Of a stretch of DNA of 54,720 bases, positions 17,426 to 26,739 are shown one piece after another. The DNA is from a virus (taxonomy: Duplodnaviria > Caudoviricetes). Numbering within the stretch: the first letter of the stretch is position 1; the number at the start of each line of letters is the position of its first letter. Position numbers and translations under genes: made by a program. The notes under the pieces were generated by a model that had not been told where the DNA came from, ran no database searches, and saw only the letters and a list, made by a program, of their open reading frames with translations. The DNA lies in the IMG/VR virus record IMGVR_UViG_3300012346_000035, positions 1 through 54,720 of that record; one strand, written 5' to 3'.

Positions 17426-18283
17426 TTAGATGTCTTCTTTCTTAACGATCTTTACATACGACACCATTGGTGGGTTAGCAGCTTTGGATACAAGTGATGC
17501 ACGTTCCTCTAAGCCTTCCCAACATTTGTATCGGTATGAACACCAACCACATTCCTTACCTAAGATTAAGTTACCTGTCTCTTTCTTACGATAGGTTTCT
17601 TTCTCAGCTTCAAAGCAACGCTTGAACTTATTCTTCTTAAGCTCATCACCCTTAGCTGCAATCTTCTGTACTTCAGCATCGACATCAATGCCATCAGCAG
17701 GAACATACTTGAACTCACCGTTAGCCTTGTTGATTACCCACCACCCACCTGCCTTCACATCCATTGCCTTAGCATAGCCAGCAAGCTGACCCACATAGCC
17801 GAATGAATCATTGGCATTGAGAGTTTCAAAGTCAACAAACTTATTGGTATAAGACCAAGGGCTAGCAGACTTAACGTCATCTACTGCACCTTCTGTAATC
17901 AAGTCGGGGGTTCCGTGGATCGTGTGTTCACCAGCAGTGAGGGTAACCCTAGCACCATCGCTATACGCTACTCCTGCCTGTGTTAGAAGCCCTTTAAACA
18001 CTGCTTCTGCTATGTCACCCATCATCATGTTGATAATAAAGTTTGTAGAGTGGGGTACTGCTGCTTCAGGTTCATTCTTATCGAACCATAACTGGCAGTA
18101 TTCCCTGCCCACGTTAGACATGCGATAGCTAAATGCATTGTCACGCTTGTCTACAAACTGCCGAGTGAGGGCAGCACGAACATCCTCAACTACCTGCTCT
18201 ACAACTTCAGGGCTAAGAGTACTGTCACCGTGTCTGACCTTACTTAGATACTGATGTATCTTTAATTCGGCAGGATGATTCAT
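17426..18283 (-). CDS. PD-(D/E)XK (Cas4/RecB-like) exonuclease
   Basis: GTPDL...DDVKS; N-terminal Cys plus C-terminal CGWC...C. Confidence 0.8.
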   Translation of the reverse strand: MNHPAELKIHQYLSKVRHGDSTLSPEVVEQVVEDVRAALTRQFVDKRDNAFSYRMSNVGREYCQLWFDKNEPEAAVPHSTNFIINMMMGDIAEAVFKGLLTQAGVAYSDGARVTLTAGEHTIHGTPDLITEGAVDDVKSASPWSYTNKFVDFETLNANDSFGYVGQLAGYAKAMDVKAGGWWVINKANGEFKYVPADGIDVDAEVQKIAAKGDELKKNKFKRCFEAEKETYRKKETGNLILGKECGWCSYRYKCWEGLEERASLVSKAANPPMVSYVKIVKKEDI

Positions 18284-19179
18284 TAGGCTTCTACTTCTAC
18301 GTCAACAAACTCAGCTGCAATGTCTGCCTCTTCTGCTGTTACTGCTTCAGGCTTAGACAACTTGTTGAACTCCTTAACGATGTACTCGTTGTAGTTATCG
18401 ATCCAACCGTTGAAGTCAGCAAACAAGACTTGATCTTTATCTGTCAGGTCAATGGTGCTAGATAGATCCAGTACTGCTGTAGGTAAGAAGTAAGTAGCTC
18501 CTGTTGGTAAACTCTGTTCCTCTGAACCCAAGACCACACGATGCTGGGGAAGGATACGATTTTGTTTAGCCATCTGTGCAATAGGTGCACCAAGAGTTTT
18601 AAATGCATCACGGTTATCAATCTCCCAAATGAAAGGTATAGACTCAAGCTTATCTAAAGCTTCGCCCTTGGCATTCACTGGATCACCGATGGTAATCTCA
18701 CCGAACAGTACACGCACACGCTTGATAGACTTAAGCAATGCTTTAGTTTCAGTAGGCAATGCAGCATAATCCTCAATCCAACCTGAAGGTTTGCCACAGT
18801 TAAAGCCACCATCGTTATCACGCAAGTCACCGTTCAAGTCCTTAGCCATGATGGTCTTAACGTACTTAGACTTGGCATCGCCTGTGCCTTGGATATATTT
18901 CTTGTACATGAAACGCTGGTTAAACAAACGAATAGATACGTCTGTACCATAGACAGGCTCTTGGTTAGTGCGGTCAAGTACATAGCTACCTGCAGCTACA
19001 ACTTCAACCTTCTTCTTCTTACCACCAACAACCTCTTCACCCATGATACCTTTGTGATCTAGCTTCACACGAGCTAAGTTGTTTTGTTTCTTAGGAGTAG
19101 CGATATCTACACCCATACCCATAGCATCTGCCATTGCAGCAAAGTTACTATTACCACCAACAAGAGTCAATTCTGACAT
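18283..19179 (-). CDS. Putative ssDNA-binding / replication accessory protein
   Basis: Between polymerase and exonuclease; acidic C-terminal tail. Confidence 0.5.
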   Translation of the reverse strand: MSELTLVGGNSNFAAMADAMGMGVDIATPKKQNNLARVKLDHKGIMGEEVVGGKKKKVEVVAAGSYVLDRTNQEPVYGTDVSIRLFNQRFMYKKYIQGTGDAKSKYVKTIMAKDLNGDLRDNDGGFNCGKPSGWIEDYAALPTETKALLKSIKRVRVLFGEITIGDPVNAKGEALDKLESIPFIWEIDNRDAFKTLGAPIAQMAKQNRILPQHRVVLGSEEQSLPTGATYFLPTAVLDLSSTIDLTDKDQVLFADFNGWIDNYNEYIVKEFNKLSKPEAVTAEEADIAAEFVDVEVEA

Positions 19180-19199
19180 TGTGTATTCCTTTATATATG

Positions 19200-21251
19200 T
19201 TAATTAATATGTACGTCTTTTTGCTCTAACCAATTATCACCCATTTTACTCTCTAATGCAAGGGGAACATTGAAATCTATTGACCATTTATTGTTGATCA
19301 ATCCTACTAGATCTCGCTGTACTCCGTCTATTACTCTGACCGCTTCCTCTAACTCGTCTGGGTGTACATCAATGACGATAGAATCGTGGACAGAATTTAC
19401 TACTCTGCTCTTGTACGGCTTCAGTCTGTTGTAGATTTCTACTAGGGCTAAAGGTACGATGTCTGCTGTAGCGAATGCTTGAACTGGGTAGTTCTTGATA
19501 GCTGTGAAGTGTGTCACTGTGCCATCACGCTTACGCTGTACATCAGGGAATGCAAACTCCCTATTGCTAGGGATCTTTATGTACTTATAATTCAGGGCTT
19601 GCTTGGCTAGAACACTGTGCCATTTAGCAATGCCTGTGTACTTCTCAAGGAAGTGCTTGTAGTATGCAGCCTCAGATGGGGTACGACCATAGCCTGTGGC
19701 ACCGTAGAGTGGGGCAAAGGTATGTGCTTTAGCATCCTGTCTACTAGTAGGCTGTCCTGCATCTGTAATAACCTTGGCTGTGTATGAGTGCACATCAAAC
19801 CCTTCACTCACCTCCTGCATAGCACGTTGATCTTGGGATAAGAATGCAGCTACACGAAACTCTAACTGTGCAAAGTCTGCCTCCATAATCTTGCCACCCT
19901 CAAAGCGAGATACAAACACACGCTTAACTGGGAACGTACCACCACGAGGCATGTTCTGCATGTTCGGATTAGAACCACTGAACCTGCCAGTAGAAGTGAT
20001 GTGCTGATTCAAACGTACATGCAGTAAGCCATCAGGCTTTAGGTAGGAAGCAATACCCTCAACGAAGTTACTTAGATAACTATCTAATGCTGACAGTCTA
20101 CGTAACTTACCTAAGAACTCTACGGCATCAGTCATACCCTTGGTTACAGCCACCCGTTCAAGGGTCTCAAGGTTATCCTTGCCAGTACCAAAGCCATTGG
20201 CACTAGCCCACTTAGCATTAGGTGCAGTGAACTTTAATCCAGCTAACTCTTTGGTAGGCTTGAACTCAAACCCAACACCGTTACATGTAACACATTTGTT
20301 AGACTTCTTAAAGGGTGAGCCATCCTTCTTCTTCTTAAAGACAAAGCCCTTACCATCACAGGCATCACACTTAACTGCCTTGGTCTTGTACACATTCGTG
20401 AAGTGTCGCTTGACTGCATCCTTGAACTCTGTATCTTTCATGTACGGAGTAATAGCTGTCATCCAAGCTGTCTTGTTATGTGGCTTACGGCTATACACAA
20501 TCCATGACAACTGCTCAGGGCTATTGAGATTGATTGGTGTATCACCCATCAGTGTACGTACATGAGACTGCAGTAGTTTGACAATGTCATCACGCTCTGT
20601 CTCGAACTGTAAACGTACTGCATCGAGTGCCTTCAAGTCTACCTTGATACCTGTGTGGTAGATCTTAGTCAGTACCATAGCTACTTCGTTAGACATATCA
20701 ATCGTCTCACGTAAGCCTGCATCTTGAGGTGTCAACAGCTTAGCCTGAATAGATTTGTAGATACCTTCGGTAGATCCTAAGTCATGCTCAAGGTATTCGA
20801 CTAGCTCAGCATGCGGGATGTCACGGGTACTGTATCCATTCTTGAAGTAAGTCTTCAAGGTGTCTTGCTTAAGGATCTCACACCCGTGTCGCATAGCAAC
20901 TGAACCTAAGTCAGAGGGCAGCTTAACACCACGCTGTAATACGTAGTCACTAATCATCGTATCGAAGATAGGACCATCGTACTTAAAGCCAGACTCCCAT
21001 AGCCACACTAAGTCGTGGTTAAGGTTATGTCCAATCATCAAGGTAGTCTTGTCTAATACATCCTGCAGTGCCTTGTGATTAGCCTCAGCATCTTCCTTAA
21101 CTTCGGAGTGATCAAATGTATACACACCATACACACCATCTAACATCTTGTATCCAACCATCACCAAGGTATTGCCAGTTTCAAAGGGGTCTAAGTGTTT
21201 CTTACCCCCTCTGTTACTGACTGTGTTCTCTACGTCAAGTGTAATGATCAT
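19200..21251 (-). CDS. polA: Family A DNA polymerase with 3'-5' exonuclease and inserted DnaJ-type zinc finger
   Basis: LDVE exo I, TSTGRFS, DFAQLE motif A, RQDAKAHTFAPLYG motif B, VHDS motif C; CDACDGKG and CVTCNGVG repeats. Confidence 0.95.
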   Translation of the reverse strand: MIITLDVENTVSNRGGKKHLDPFETGNTLVMVGYKMLDGVYGVYTFDHSEVKEDAEANHKALQDVLDKTTLMIGHNLNHDLVWLWESGFKYDGPIFDTMISDYVLQRGVKLPSDLGSVAMRHGCEILKQDTLKTYFKNGYSTRDIPHAELVEYLEHDLGSTEGIYKSIQAKLLTPQDAGLRETIDMSNEVAMVLTKIYHTGIKVDLKALDAVRLQFETERDDIVKLLQSHVRTLMGDTPINLNSPEQLSWIVYSRKPHNKTAWMTAITPYMKDTEFKDAVKRHFTNVYKTKAVKCDACDGKGFVFKKKKDGSPFKKSNKCVTCNGVGFEFKPTKELAGLKFTAPNAKWASANGFGTGKDNLETLERVAVTKGMTDAVEFLGKLRRLSALDSYLSNFVEGIASYLKPDGLLHVRLNQHITSTGRFSGSNPNMQNMPRGGTFPVKRVFVSRFEGGKIMEADFAQLEFRVAAFLSQDQRAMQEVSEGFDVHSYTAKVITDAGQPTSRQDAKAHTFAPLYGATGYGRTPSEAAYYKHFLEKYTGIAKWHSVLAKQALNYKYIKIPSNREFAFPDVQRKRDGTVTHFTAIKNYPVQAFATADIVPLALVEIYNRLKPYKSRVVNSVHDSIVIDVHPDELEEAVRVIDGVQRDLVGLINNKWSIDFNVPLALESKMGDNWLEQKDVHIN

Positions 21252-22471
21252 GATGAGTACACACCAGTCTGGAAATCAAACTCGCAATTCACAATCCTGT
21301 GTACACCACTAATCTTATTCTTCACAATGTTTAAGTAACGCATACCATCATCCTCTGTCTGATCATTCATGGGTGGGTTACGTGCAACTAGAATCATTAA
21401 GTCTGACTCACCTGCCAAGCCAGTCTTACTGCCTTCAATCATTGCCTGAGATAGTACGATCTTACCTTCTGCTTCTGCTGACAACTGTGTGCAATACACA
21501 ACCAAGCAACCATACATCTTACCGATGTTACGTGCATACACTGCATTGGCTTTCAAGGTCTCGTGATTGTTAGATGATGCACCATCCTCAGCAAACTTAC
21601 TACCAATGTCCATGACTACAATCTCAGGCTTGTGCTTCTTGATGACTGCTTCAGCCCACTTCATAGTCTTACCTGTTGCATCTACAAACTTCAGGTTATC
21701 TTTGATGGGATCGTAGAGACGGTGTGCTGTAGTCTTATCAGCAATGATCTGTGCCATAGTCATACCTGTTGCAGCTGTCATGTATCTAGATGCTACACGC
21801 TCAGGCTTCTCCTCATTACACAGCACAAGTATCCTTGCACCTTGATGTGCCCAGCCATGTGGTGCAGCACAGAGTGATGAGTGAAAGCTTGACTTACCTA
21901 CGTTACTACGTGCACCAATTACAAATAACATTCCATTGTCTAAACCATTTACTGATTGGAATAGAGACTGGATATTGAACTGCCACTTGGTATTGTTTGC
22001 AGCCATGGCTGTTAGGTTATCAATACTGTTGTCAACATAGTTGATACGGATACTAGGTGTGAAGTCTTCTTGGTACTGATCAAGGATGTTACGTAGTGGT
22101 TCCATTGTAGTCTGGTCACCATTGACATACTGGAATCCAAGGTTAGCTACCTCTTCACCTACTACTTGACGGAACATATTACTTAACACTTCTGTTGCAA
22201 CATCAGCACCCATCACATCCTCTTTACGAATGCGATCAAACTGCATTTCGTATGCATGTTTCTGTGCGGTAGTAAGGGTGGGATTTGCTACAAAGAATAA
22301 TGCTTGTACTTCGTCTACTGTTAAATCTCTTTGATACTGATCCATCGCTGTGTCGATGGTTGATTTGATCTTGCGTACATCTTTAGTGAATAACTTCTCA
22401 GGACAGCGGTTACCTCTTGTTTCATCGTAGAAGTCCTTGTCCATCAAACTTCTAATCAATGTTAATTCCAT
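21248..22471 (-). CDS. DnaB-like replicative helicase
   Basis: Walker A GARSNVGKS, NEE, TQLS, IVKNK. Confidence 0.88.
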   Translation of the reverse strand: MELTLIRSLMDKDFYDETRGNRCPEKLFTKDVRKIKSTIDTAMDQYQRDLTVDEVQALFFVANPTLTTAQKHAYEMQFDRIRKEDVMGADVATEVLSNMFRQVVGEEVANLGFQYVNGDQTTMEPLRNILDQYQEDFTPSIRINYVDNSIDNLTAMAANNTKWQFNIQSLFQSVNGLDNGMLFVIGARSNVGKSSFHSSLCAAPHGWAHQGARILVLCNEEKPERVASRYMTAATGMTMAQIIADKTTAHRLYDPIKDNLKFVDATGKTMKWAEAVIKKHKPEIVVMDIGSKFAEDGASSNNHETLKANAVYARNIGKMYGCLVVYCTQLSAEAEGKIVLSQAMIEGSKTGLAGESDLMILVARNPPMNDQTEDDGMRYLNIVKNKISGVHRIVNCEFDFQTGVYSS

Positions 22472-22472
22472 A

Positions 22473-23249
22473 CTAACTCCTCATTCTATTCTTCAACTGG
22501 GCTATATCATCTGGGACACGGTACTTTAAATCATCCAGTAAGTTCATGGCTACTGCTTCGATTCCAATAGCCTTTAGCTCACGGGTATATACGAGTGTCT
22601 TACTCATTGCATCTGGATCTAATGCTACCACAACCCTGCGGTACTTAGCAAGTAGTGATTTGTGTTCCTCTAAAAGTGCAGTACCTAACAGGGCAAAGCC
22701 TGTGCCACCTAATGTATCTACAACTGCTGCACTTATACAATCCTCTACGACTACAGCTACATCTGTATCACCTGCAACGTAGGCTGTACGTGCCACACCA
22801 TAGCGTTTCCACTTAGGTACTACACCAGTGTGTACACCTCTGCCTACTGCATCTACTAACTTACCACCTTCCCGTACTGGGAATACAACTCTATCCTCTC
22901 GAATGTCATAGCGTAGGTCAAGCCAGTGTGGATCTAACTGCCATCGATAACACAAGTCTTTCAATCCCTTACGCTCATAGTCCACAATGATCCAGTCAGG
23001 TAAGTCAAACTCTACTGGTAGATCCTTGTGTATATACTGATCACGCATTAGCTTCTGTAGATCAGCTGCTGATATGGTTGTGTTCATACTGCCTGCTACA
23101 TTACAACTGGAGGCATAGCAATTCCACATTAACTTGCCCATGTCATTGATAGCAGTAAAGGTATTACGTCTGTTGCATACTGGGCAGTTACCCCTATGAA
23201 CCCTACCCATAGGTAGGTCAAGGGATTCTACGTAAGCTTTAGGATTCAT
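22473..23249 (-). CDS. DNA primase (zinc finger + TOPRIM)
   Basis: CPVC...CYASSC, VVVED, LDPD. Confidence 0.85.
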   Translation of the reverse strand: MNPKAYVESLDLPMGRVHRGNCPVCNRRNTFTAINDMGKLMWNCYASSCNVAGSMNTTISAADLQKLMRDQYIHKDLPVEFDLPDWIIVDYERKGLKDLCYRWQLDPHWLDLRYDIREDRVVFPVREGGKLVDAVGRGVHTGVVPKWKRYGVARTAYVAGDTDVAVVVEDCISAAVVDTLGGTGFALLGTALLEEHKSLLAKYRRVVVALDPDAMSKTLVYTRELKAIGIEAVAMNLLDDLKYRVPDDIAQLKNRMRS

Positions 23250-23463
23250 TCTTCATTAGCCTTTCAAGTACTGCTAACTTCTCATCATCAGTCATTACAT
23301 ACCACGTACTGATCTCTTCTTTAGTTCTATTGCAATCATTACACTTCTGAATTGTAATGTCATAAGTACATTTACCTATACATGGTGACTTAACCATATC
23401 TGTTTTCCATTTCCATAAGTTATTCCAGTTAGGTAGGTGTAGGGGTGGACACTTCCATGCCAT
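23239..23463 (-). CDS. DUF1289-like Cys-rich protein
   Basis: SPCIGKC...CNDCNRT.EEI..W. Confidence 0.7.
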   Translation of the reverse strand: MAWKCPPLHLPNWNNLWKWKTDMVKSPCIGKCTYDITIQKCNDCNRTKEEISTWYVMTDDEKLAVLERLMKNES

Positions 23464-23472
23464 TGCATATCC

Positions 23473-24378
23473 TTATACTGTATCACTGGCGGTGTTAAAG
23501 CGAAGCGTAGCAGCATTCTTCGCACTTGTCAATGTATTTTTTATATATGGTCTTACAGAGCTTGGGCAGGCATGTCCGGTGATACTCATGATCTGAGGCA
23601 GAGATACTCCGGCATCTACCATCTCCATGGTTCCTGTCCTACGCATGTCCATAATCTGTAGTTCCTCTGGTAGTCCTGCTGTCTTGATGATCTCCCTAGC
23701 TATAGTAGATAGAGAGTACTTATTGTATGGCTTGGCTACTATCTTTCTTTCCAAACATCTCGGTGCTATGTAAGGTTGGAAGTCTACGTCTGCCTTCTGT
23801 TGCATCAGCATCTCATGCAGTGCATCAGTGGTAGGCAACTCCACCTTAGCCCTACGCTTAGACTGTTCTAGGTACAAGACTCTAGCCTGTGCATCATACA
23901 TATCCCATGTCAGGTTAGACATGTCACCTAAACGCTGACACCATTCGTATGCCATCTGAACTATCAGCCCCACACTACGCCATCTAAAACGGCTGTAGGC
24001 GGTGTCTAAGAACAAGTTGATATGCTCCTTAGTCCATACCACCTTACGTGCCTTGTGTGCCCGTTTAGATACCTTGCTGAAGGGATTTACTTCTGTGTAC
24101 CCTAGCTGTATTGCAAAGTTGTATAGCTTACTGGCTACAGCATGAGTGTGGTTAGCAAATGGAACACCCCTCTCAGCCCATCCGTTGTAGCAGGCTTGAG
24201 CACGAGGGGAATCCATGGATTTAAGATACATCTTAGATACTGCCTTGCCACGTACTGTTGTGGCTAGCAGTGCATTGATACAGTACTTGTAGTCTCGCTG
24301 ACTAGAGACTGAAAGGGAACGATAGTCTAGTGATGCGTAGTACTCAGCTATTAACTCCTGCAGTTTGATTCGATTCAT
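23473..24378 (-). CDS. int: Tyrosine recombinase / integrase (start reassigned to ATG 24378)
   Basis: CQRLGD (Arg), QSKRR (Lys), MDMRRT, ITGH, RPY (Tyr). Confidence 0.85.
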   Translation of the reverse strand: MNRIKLQELIAEYYASLDYRSLSVSSQRDYKYCINALLATTVRGKAVSKMYLKSMDSPRAQACYNGWAERGVPFANHTHAVASKLYNFAIQLGYTEVNPFSKVSKRAHKARKVVWTKEHINLFLDTAYSRFRWRSVGLIVQMAYEWCQRLGDMSNLTWDMYDAQARVLYLEQSKRRAKVELPTTDALHEMLMQQKADVDFQPYIAPRCLERKIVAKPYNKYSLSTIAREIIKTAGLPEELQIMDMRRTGTMEMVDAGVSLPQIMSITGHACPSSVRPYIKNTLTSAKNAATLRFNTASDTV

Positions 24379-24619
24379 CGTAGTCTTTCTGTGTATAGTT
24401 ATTCCAGAACTCCATGTAGGATACAAAGTCTTTCGGTATCATGAAGTATGCAAGGGTAGATGCTAAACCTTCTTGTCGTTGAAGTACATCTTCGATGGGA
24501 TCAAACTTCTGTTTCTCTACATCAAACAGGGTGAAGACACAATCCTCGTATGCTTCTTTAAGGCATGCCACAGTGATCTCATCTATCTGATCAGCGTTTA
24601 ATGTAATTTTATAGCTCAT
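24344..24619 (-). CDS. Hypothetical protein
   Basis: ATG with GAGG RBS. Confidence 0.55.
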   Translation of the reverse strand: MSYKITLNADQIDEITVACLKEAYEDCVFTLFDVEKQKFDPIEDVLQRQEGLASTLAYFMIPKDFVSYMEFWNNYTQKDYDESNQTAGVNS

Positions 24620-24740
24620 TGTTATACCCTCTACGGAAAGCAAAGAAGAAGTCAATCATAAGGAATGCAGCAAAGGCAGTCCACCACCATGGTCCTGCTT
24701 CTGTTACATACAACAGGTAAGCAAACATTAATTCAAACAT
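24609..24740 (-). CDS. 43-aa hydrophobic membrane peptide (not in ORF track)
   Basis: Translated by hand: MFELMFAYLLYVTEAGPWWWTAFAAFLMIDFFFAFRRGYNNEL; fills the gap, AGGA RBS. Confidence 0.6.
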   Translation of the reverse strand: MFELMFAYLLYVTEAGPWWWTAFAAFLMIDFFFAFRRGYNNEL

Positions 24741-24741
24741 A

Positions 24742-24939
24742 TCAGATCCTATTGTTAAGTCGTACTAGTTCTTCAATGTCACGAGCGAAGTCAAAGATGT
24801 CCTGACCCTTACGGCATGACTCGATCTGCTCGTCTGTCAGTGGTACATAATTCACCACGGGTACATCCACTACTACGGATGGTTTCTCTTTGATTTTCTT
24901 TTGCTTACTAAACTGCGGTATCTTTAAATCATCAGCCAT
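24742..24939 (-). CDS. Hypothetical protein
   Basis: GGAG RBS; PLTDEQI motif. Confidence 0.55.
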   Translation of the reverse strand: MADDLKIPQFSKQKKIKEKPSVVVDVPVVNYVPLTDEQIESCRKGQDIFDFARDIEELVRLNNRI

Positions 24940-25166
24940 GTTATTACTCCTATTAAATATAATGTAACTGCAACACCTTCAACCAACACCAAAGGTGCAT
25001 CACTTTGTTTCCATCCTGCCCATGTCCATAGCATACTACCAATCAGACTTAGCAGGATGTTTAGTGGGTACACATTGAAACTGGTTAAGCCTATGCCTAG
25101 TAAGCAGAGGATAGTACCAGTCCACTTAACTGCCTTCACTAAAGTATTCCTTCGGTGGTCTATCAT
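24924..25166 (-). CDS. Small three-helix membrane protein
   Basis: KWTGTILCLLG...YPLNI...W; three hydrophobic segments; ATG with GAAGG RBS. Confidence 0.6.
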   Translation of the reverse strand: MIDHRRNTLVKAVKWTGTILCLLGIGLTSFNVYPLNILLSLIGSMLWTWAGWKQSDAPLVLVEGVAVTLYLIGVITWLMI

Positions 25167-25494
25167 CACCTTCCTTGTACGCTTTACTGTACAGCATGAG
25201 CATACGCAGGTTACACATTGCATGGGCTAGGTGATGTTCACCAGACTCCTCATCCATGTCCTCACCCCTCTGCCATGCAGCTATGTGCCTTAACGCACAG
25301 CCCAGTGGCACAGACCATGGCATGCCCTTCATCCAGTTGAATGCCTTGTACTTAGCAGTACCGTACATCCAGACTCGTGCTTCATCTTCTAACGTACTCA
25401 GTGGGATAAGGCTAAGGTCAGCCTTACCTGTGTTGTATCTAGCACCAGTACCCTTAGCATCGCTATTGATATCTCCAATACCATCACTTGACAT
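25126..25494 (-). CDS. dATP/dGTP diphosphohydrolase-domain protein (DUF5664-like)
   Basis: GKADLSLIP, YGTAKY..NW.KG, RH, D.ESG.HHLAHA.CN. Confidence 0.8.
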   Translation of the reverse strand: MSSDGIGDINSDAKGTGARYNTGKADLSLIPLSTLEDEARVWMYGTAKYKAFNWMKGMPWSVPLGCALRHIAAWQRGEDMDEESGEHHLAHAMCNLRMLMLYSKAYKEGDDRPPKEYFSEGS

Positions 25495-25702
25495 CGATCA
25501 CTCCTTGTAGTCTAACCCTCCACGGGTATTTATCTTCAATCCAAAAGCATCTGTATATTCCATTACGAACTGACAGCCATGCTGTTGTACCTGCTACATC
25601 ATTGCACTCATTGTGAGACCACTCCATCCTACCTGCGGTATGCCCTACCAGAATTCCAAATGCAAACATAAAAACTAATAGGATCTTTACCTGCCAAATC
25701 AT
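25484..25702 (-). CDS. Small membrane-anchored protein
   Basis: Hydrophobic N-terminus, two Cys. Confidence 0.5.
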   Translation of the reverse strand: MIWQVKILLVFMFAFGILVGHTAGRMEWSHNECNDVAGTTAWLSVRNGIYRCFWIEDKYPWRVRLQGVIDVK

Positions 25703-25890
25703 CTAAAGAAATCCTCCATCTTATACCCTCGCTTCTCAATCTCAATACGAAACTTTATTAGTGCCCTCTTCTCCGTCTCGTGAACACTATTCCTGTGGAT
25801 ACCAAAGTACTTACCCACTTCTTCAAGTGTCATGTCGTGACCTTCTACGTATTCCCTTTTGAGTACTGGCTTTTCTTTTACTTGTGGCAT
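25699..25890 (-). CDS. Sigma70 region-4-like helix-turn-helix protein
   Basis: MTLEEVGKYFGIHRNSVHETEKRALIKFR matches TLEEVG..F..TRERIRQIE.KAL.KLR pattern. Confidence 0.7.
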   Translation of the reverse strand: MPQVKEKPVLKREYVEGHDMTLEEVGKYFGIHRNSVHETEKRALIKFRIEIEKRGYKMEDFFR

Positions 25891-26071
25891 TTGGTTTCTT
25901 AACTTTCTTCTCTGACTCAGGCTGTTCAATGGGGTGTTGCTCTACATACTTAGTAAGTATATCAATGACAGCATGTTGAATCAAGTACTTTAATCCTTCA
26001 TTGTCAAAGTGAATGACTGCATCAGCACTCCCATCTTTATTCTCTTTAACTTCTTCGACTCGTACCATCAT
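25823..26071 (-). CDS. Hypothetical protein
   Basis: VKENKDGSAD motif; coupled to upstream gene. Confidence 0.5.
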   Translation of the reverse strand: MMVRVEEVKENKDGSADAVIHFDNEGLKYLIQHAVIDILTKYVEQHPIEQPESEKKVKKPNATSKRKASTQKGIRRRSRHDT

Positions 26072-26436
26072 TTCTTCTTGCCTTTCTTCTTGGGTACTTG
26101 CTCAGCCTGTGCCATGGTACGCTGTGCCACCACCTCATCAAGGGTACCGTACCCATCGATGTGTTCACGTTGTCTGTGTGCATCCCAGAGTACACCAACT
26201 CGTAGCTTGAGTACACTACGAATACCATCCAAGTAATTCCATACCTCATCTTCACTGAGTGTGTGAGGTGAGTCGATGTACATACAGATGAATGCATCCA
26301 TGTCATGTAATGTCTGTGCCACCTGATCAATGGCATCCTCTACATCAAAGCGTGTCTTTGTAGATACATATTTTTTAGTTGCAAATTCCATAAGCTCCTC
26401 TAACTTTTCTTCTGTGCATTCGATTTCGATCTTCAT
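26068..26436 (-). CDS. Hypothetical protein
   Basis: Coupled ORF. Confidence 0.55.
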   Translation of the reverse strand: MKIEIECTEEKLEELMEFATKKYVSTKTRFDVEDAIDQVAQTLHDMDAFICMYIDSPHTLSEDEVWNYLDGIRSVLKLRVGVLWDAHRQREHIDGYGTLDEVVAQRTMAQAEQVPKKKGKKK

Positions 26437-26666
26437 AATTTAAATACCTTTGTCCATGCTGCAAGATGTATCACCTGACCTGCACTATCTTGACAGTAGC
26501 TATACATACCATCAATGTTTCCAAAGGAAAACACATCATCCATTTTAAATTGAGGATGGGATGGAGGCACTTGTACCTCTTGATGTATGTCTGCAATCTT
26601 GAACTTGTCACCCTTGTGCAACTCAAATAGGCTACACATATCTGCTATGTCGTGTTCGTTAATCAT
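26433..26666 (-). CDS. Hypothetical protein
   Basis: NIDGMYSYC motif; AGGA RBS. Confidence 0.6.
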   Translation of the reverse strand: MINEHDIADMCSLFELHKGDKFKIADIHQEVQVPPSHPQFKMDDVFSFGNIDGMYSYCQDSAGQVIHLAAWTKVFKL

Positions 26667-26669
26667 CTG

Positions 26670-26682
26670 TAAGTCCTTGATT
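26670..26682 (-). promoter_or_regulatory. IHF-consensus site
   Basis: AATCAAGGACTTA fits WATCAANNNNTTR. Confidence 0.35.
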
Positions 26683-26691
26683 TAATTGAAT

Positions 26692-26729
26692 AAAAAGTTA
26701 CTATACAATCCGTGAACTGTATAGTAACT
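26692..26729 (-). terminator. Intrinsic terminator after the DUF932-like gene
   Basis: 12-bp stem AGTTACTATACA/TGTATAGTAACT followed by T-tract on minus strand. Confidence 0.65.
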
Positions 26730-26739
26730 CACTCACTAC

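Noticed and set aside
12396-22471. Introns or inteins in nrdJ, polymerase or helicase
   Set aside because: ORFs are continuous and of normal length; no intein or homing-endonuclease motifs
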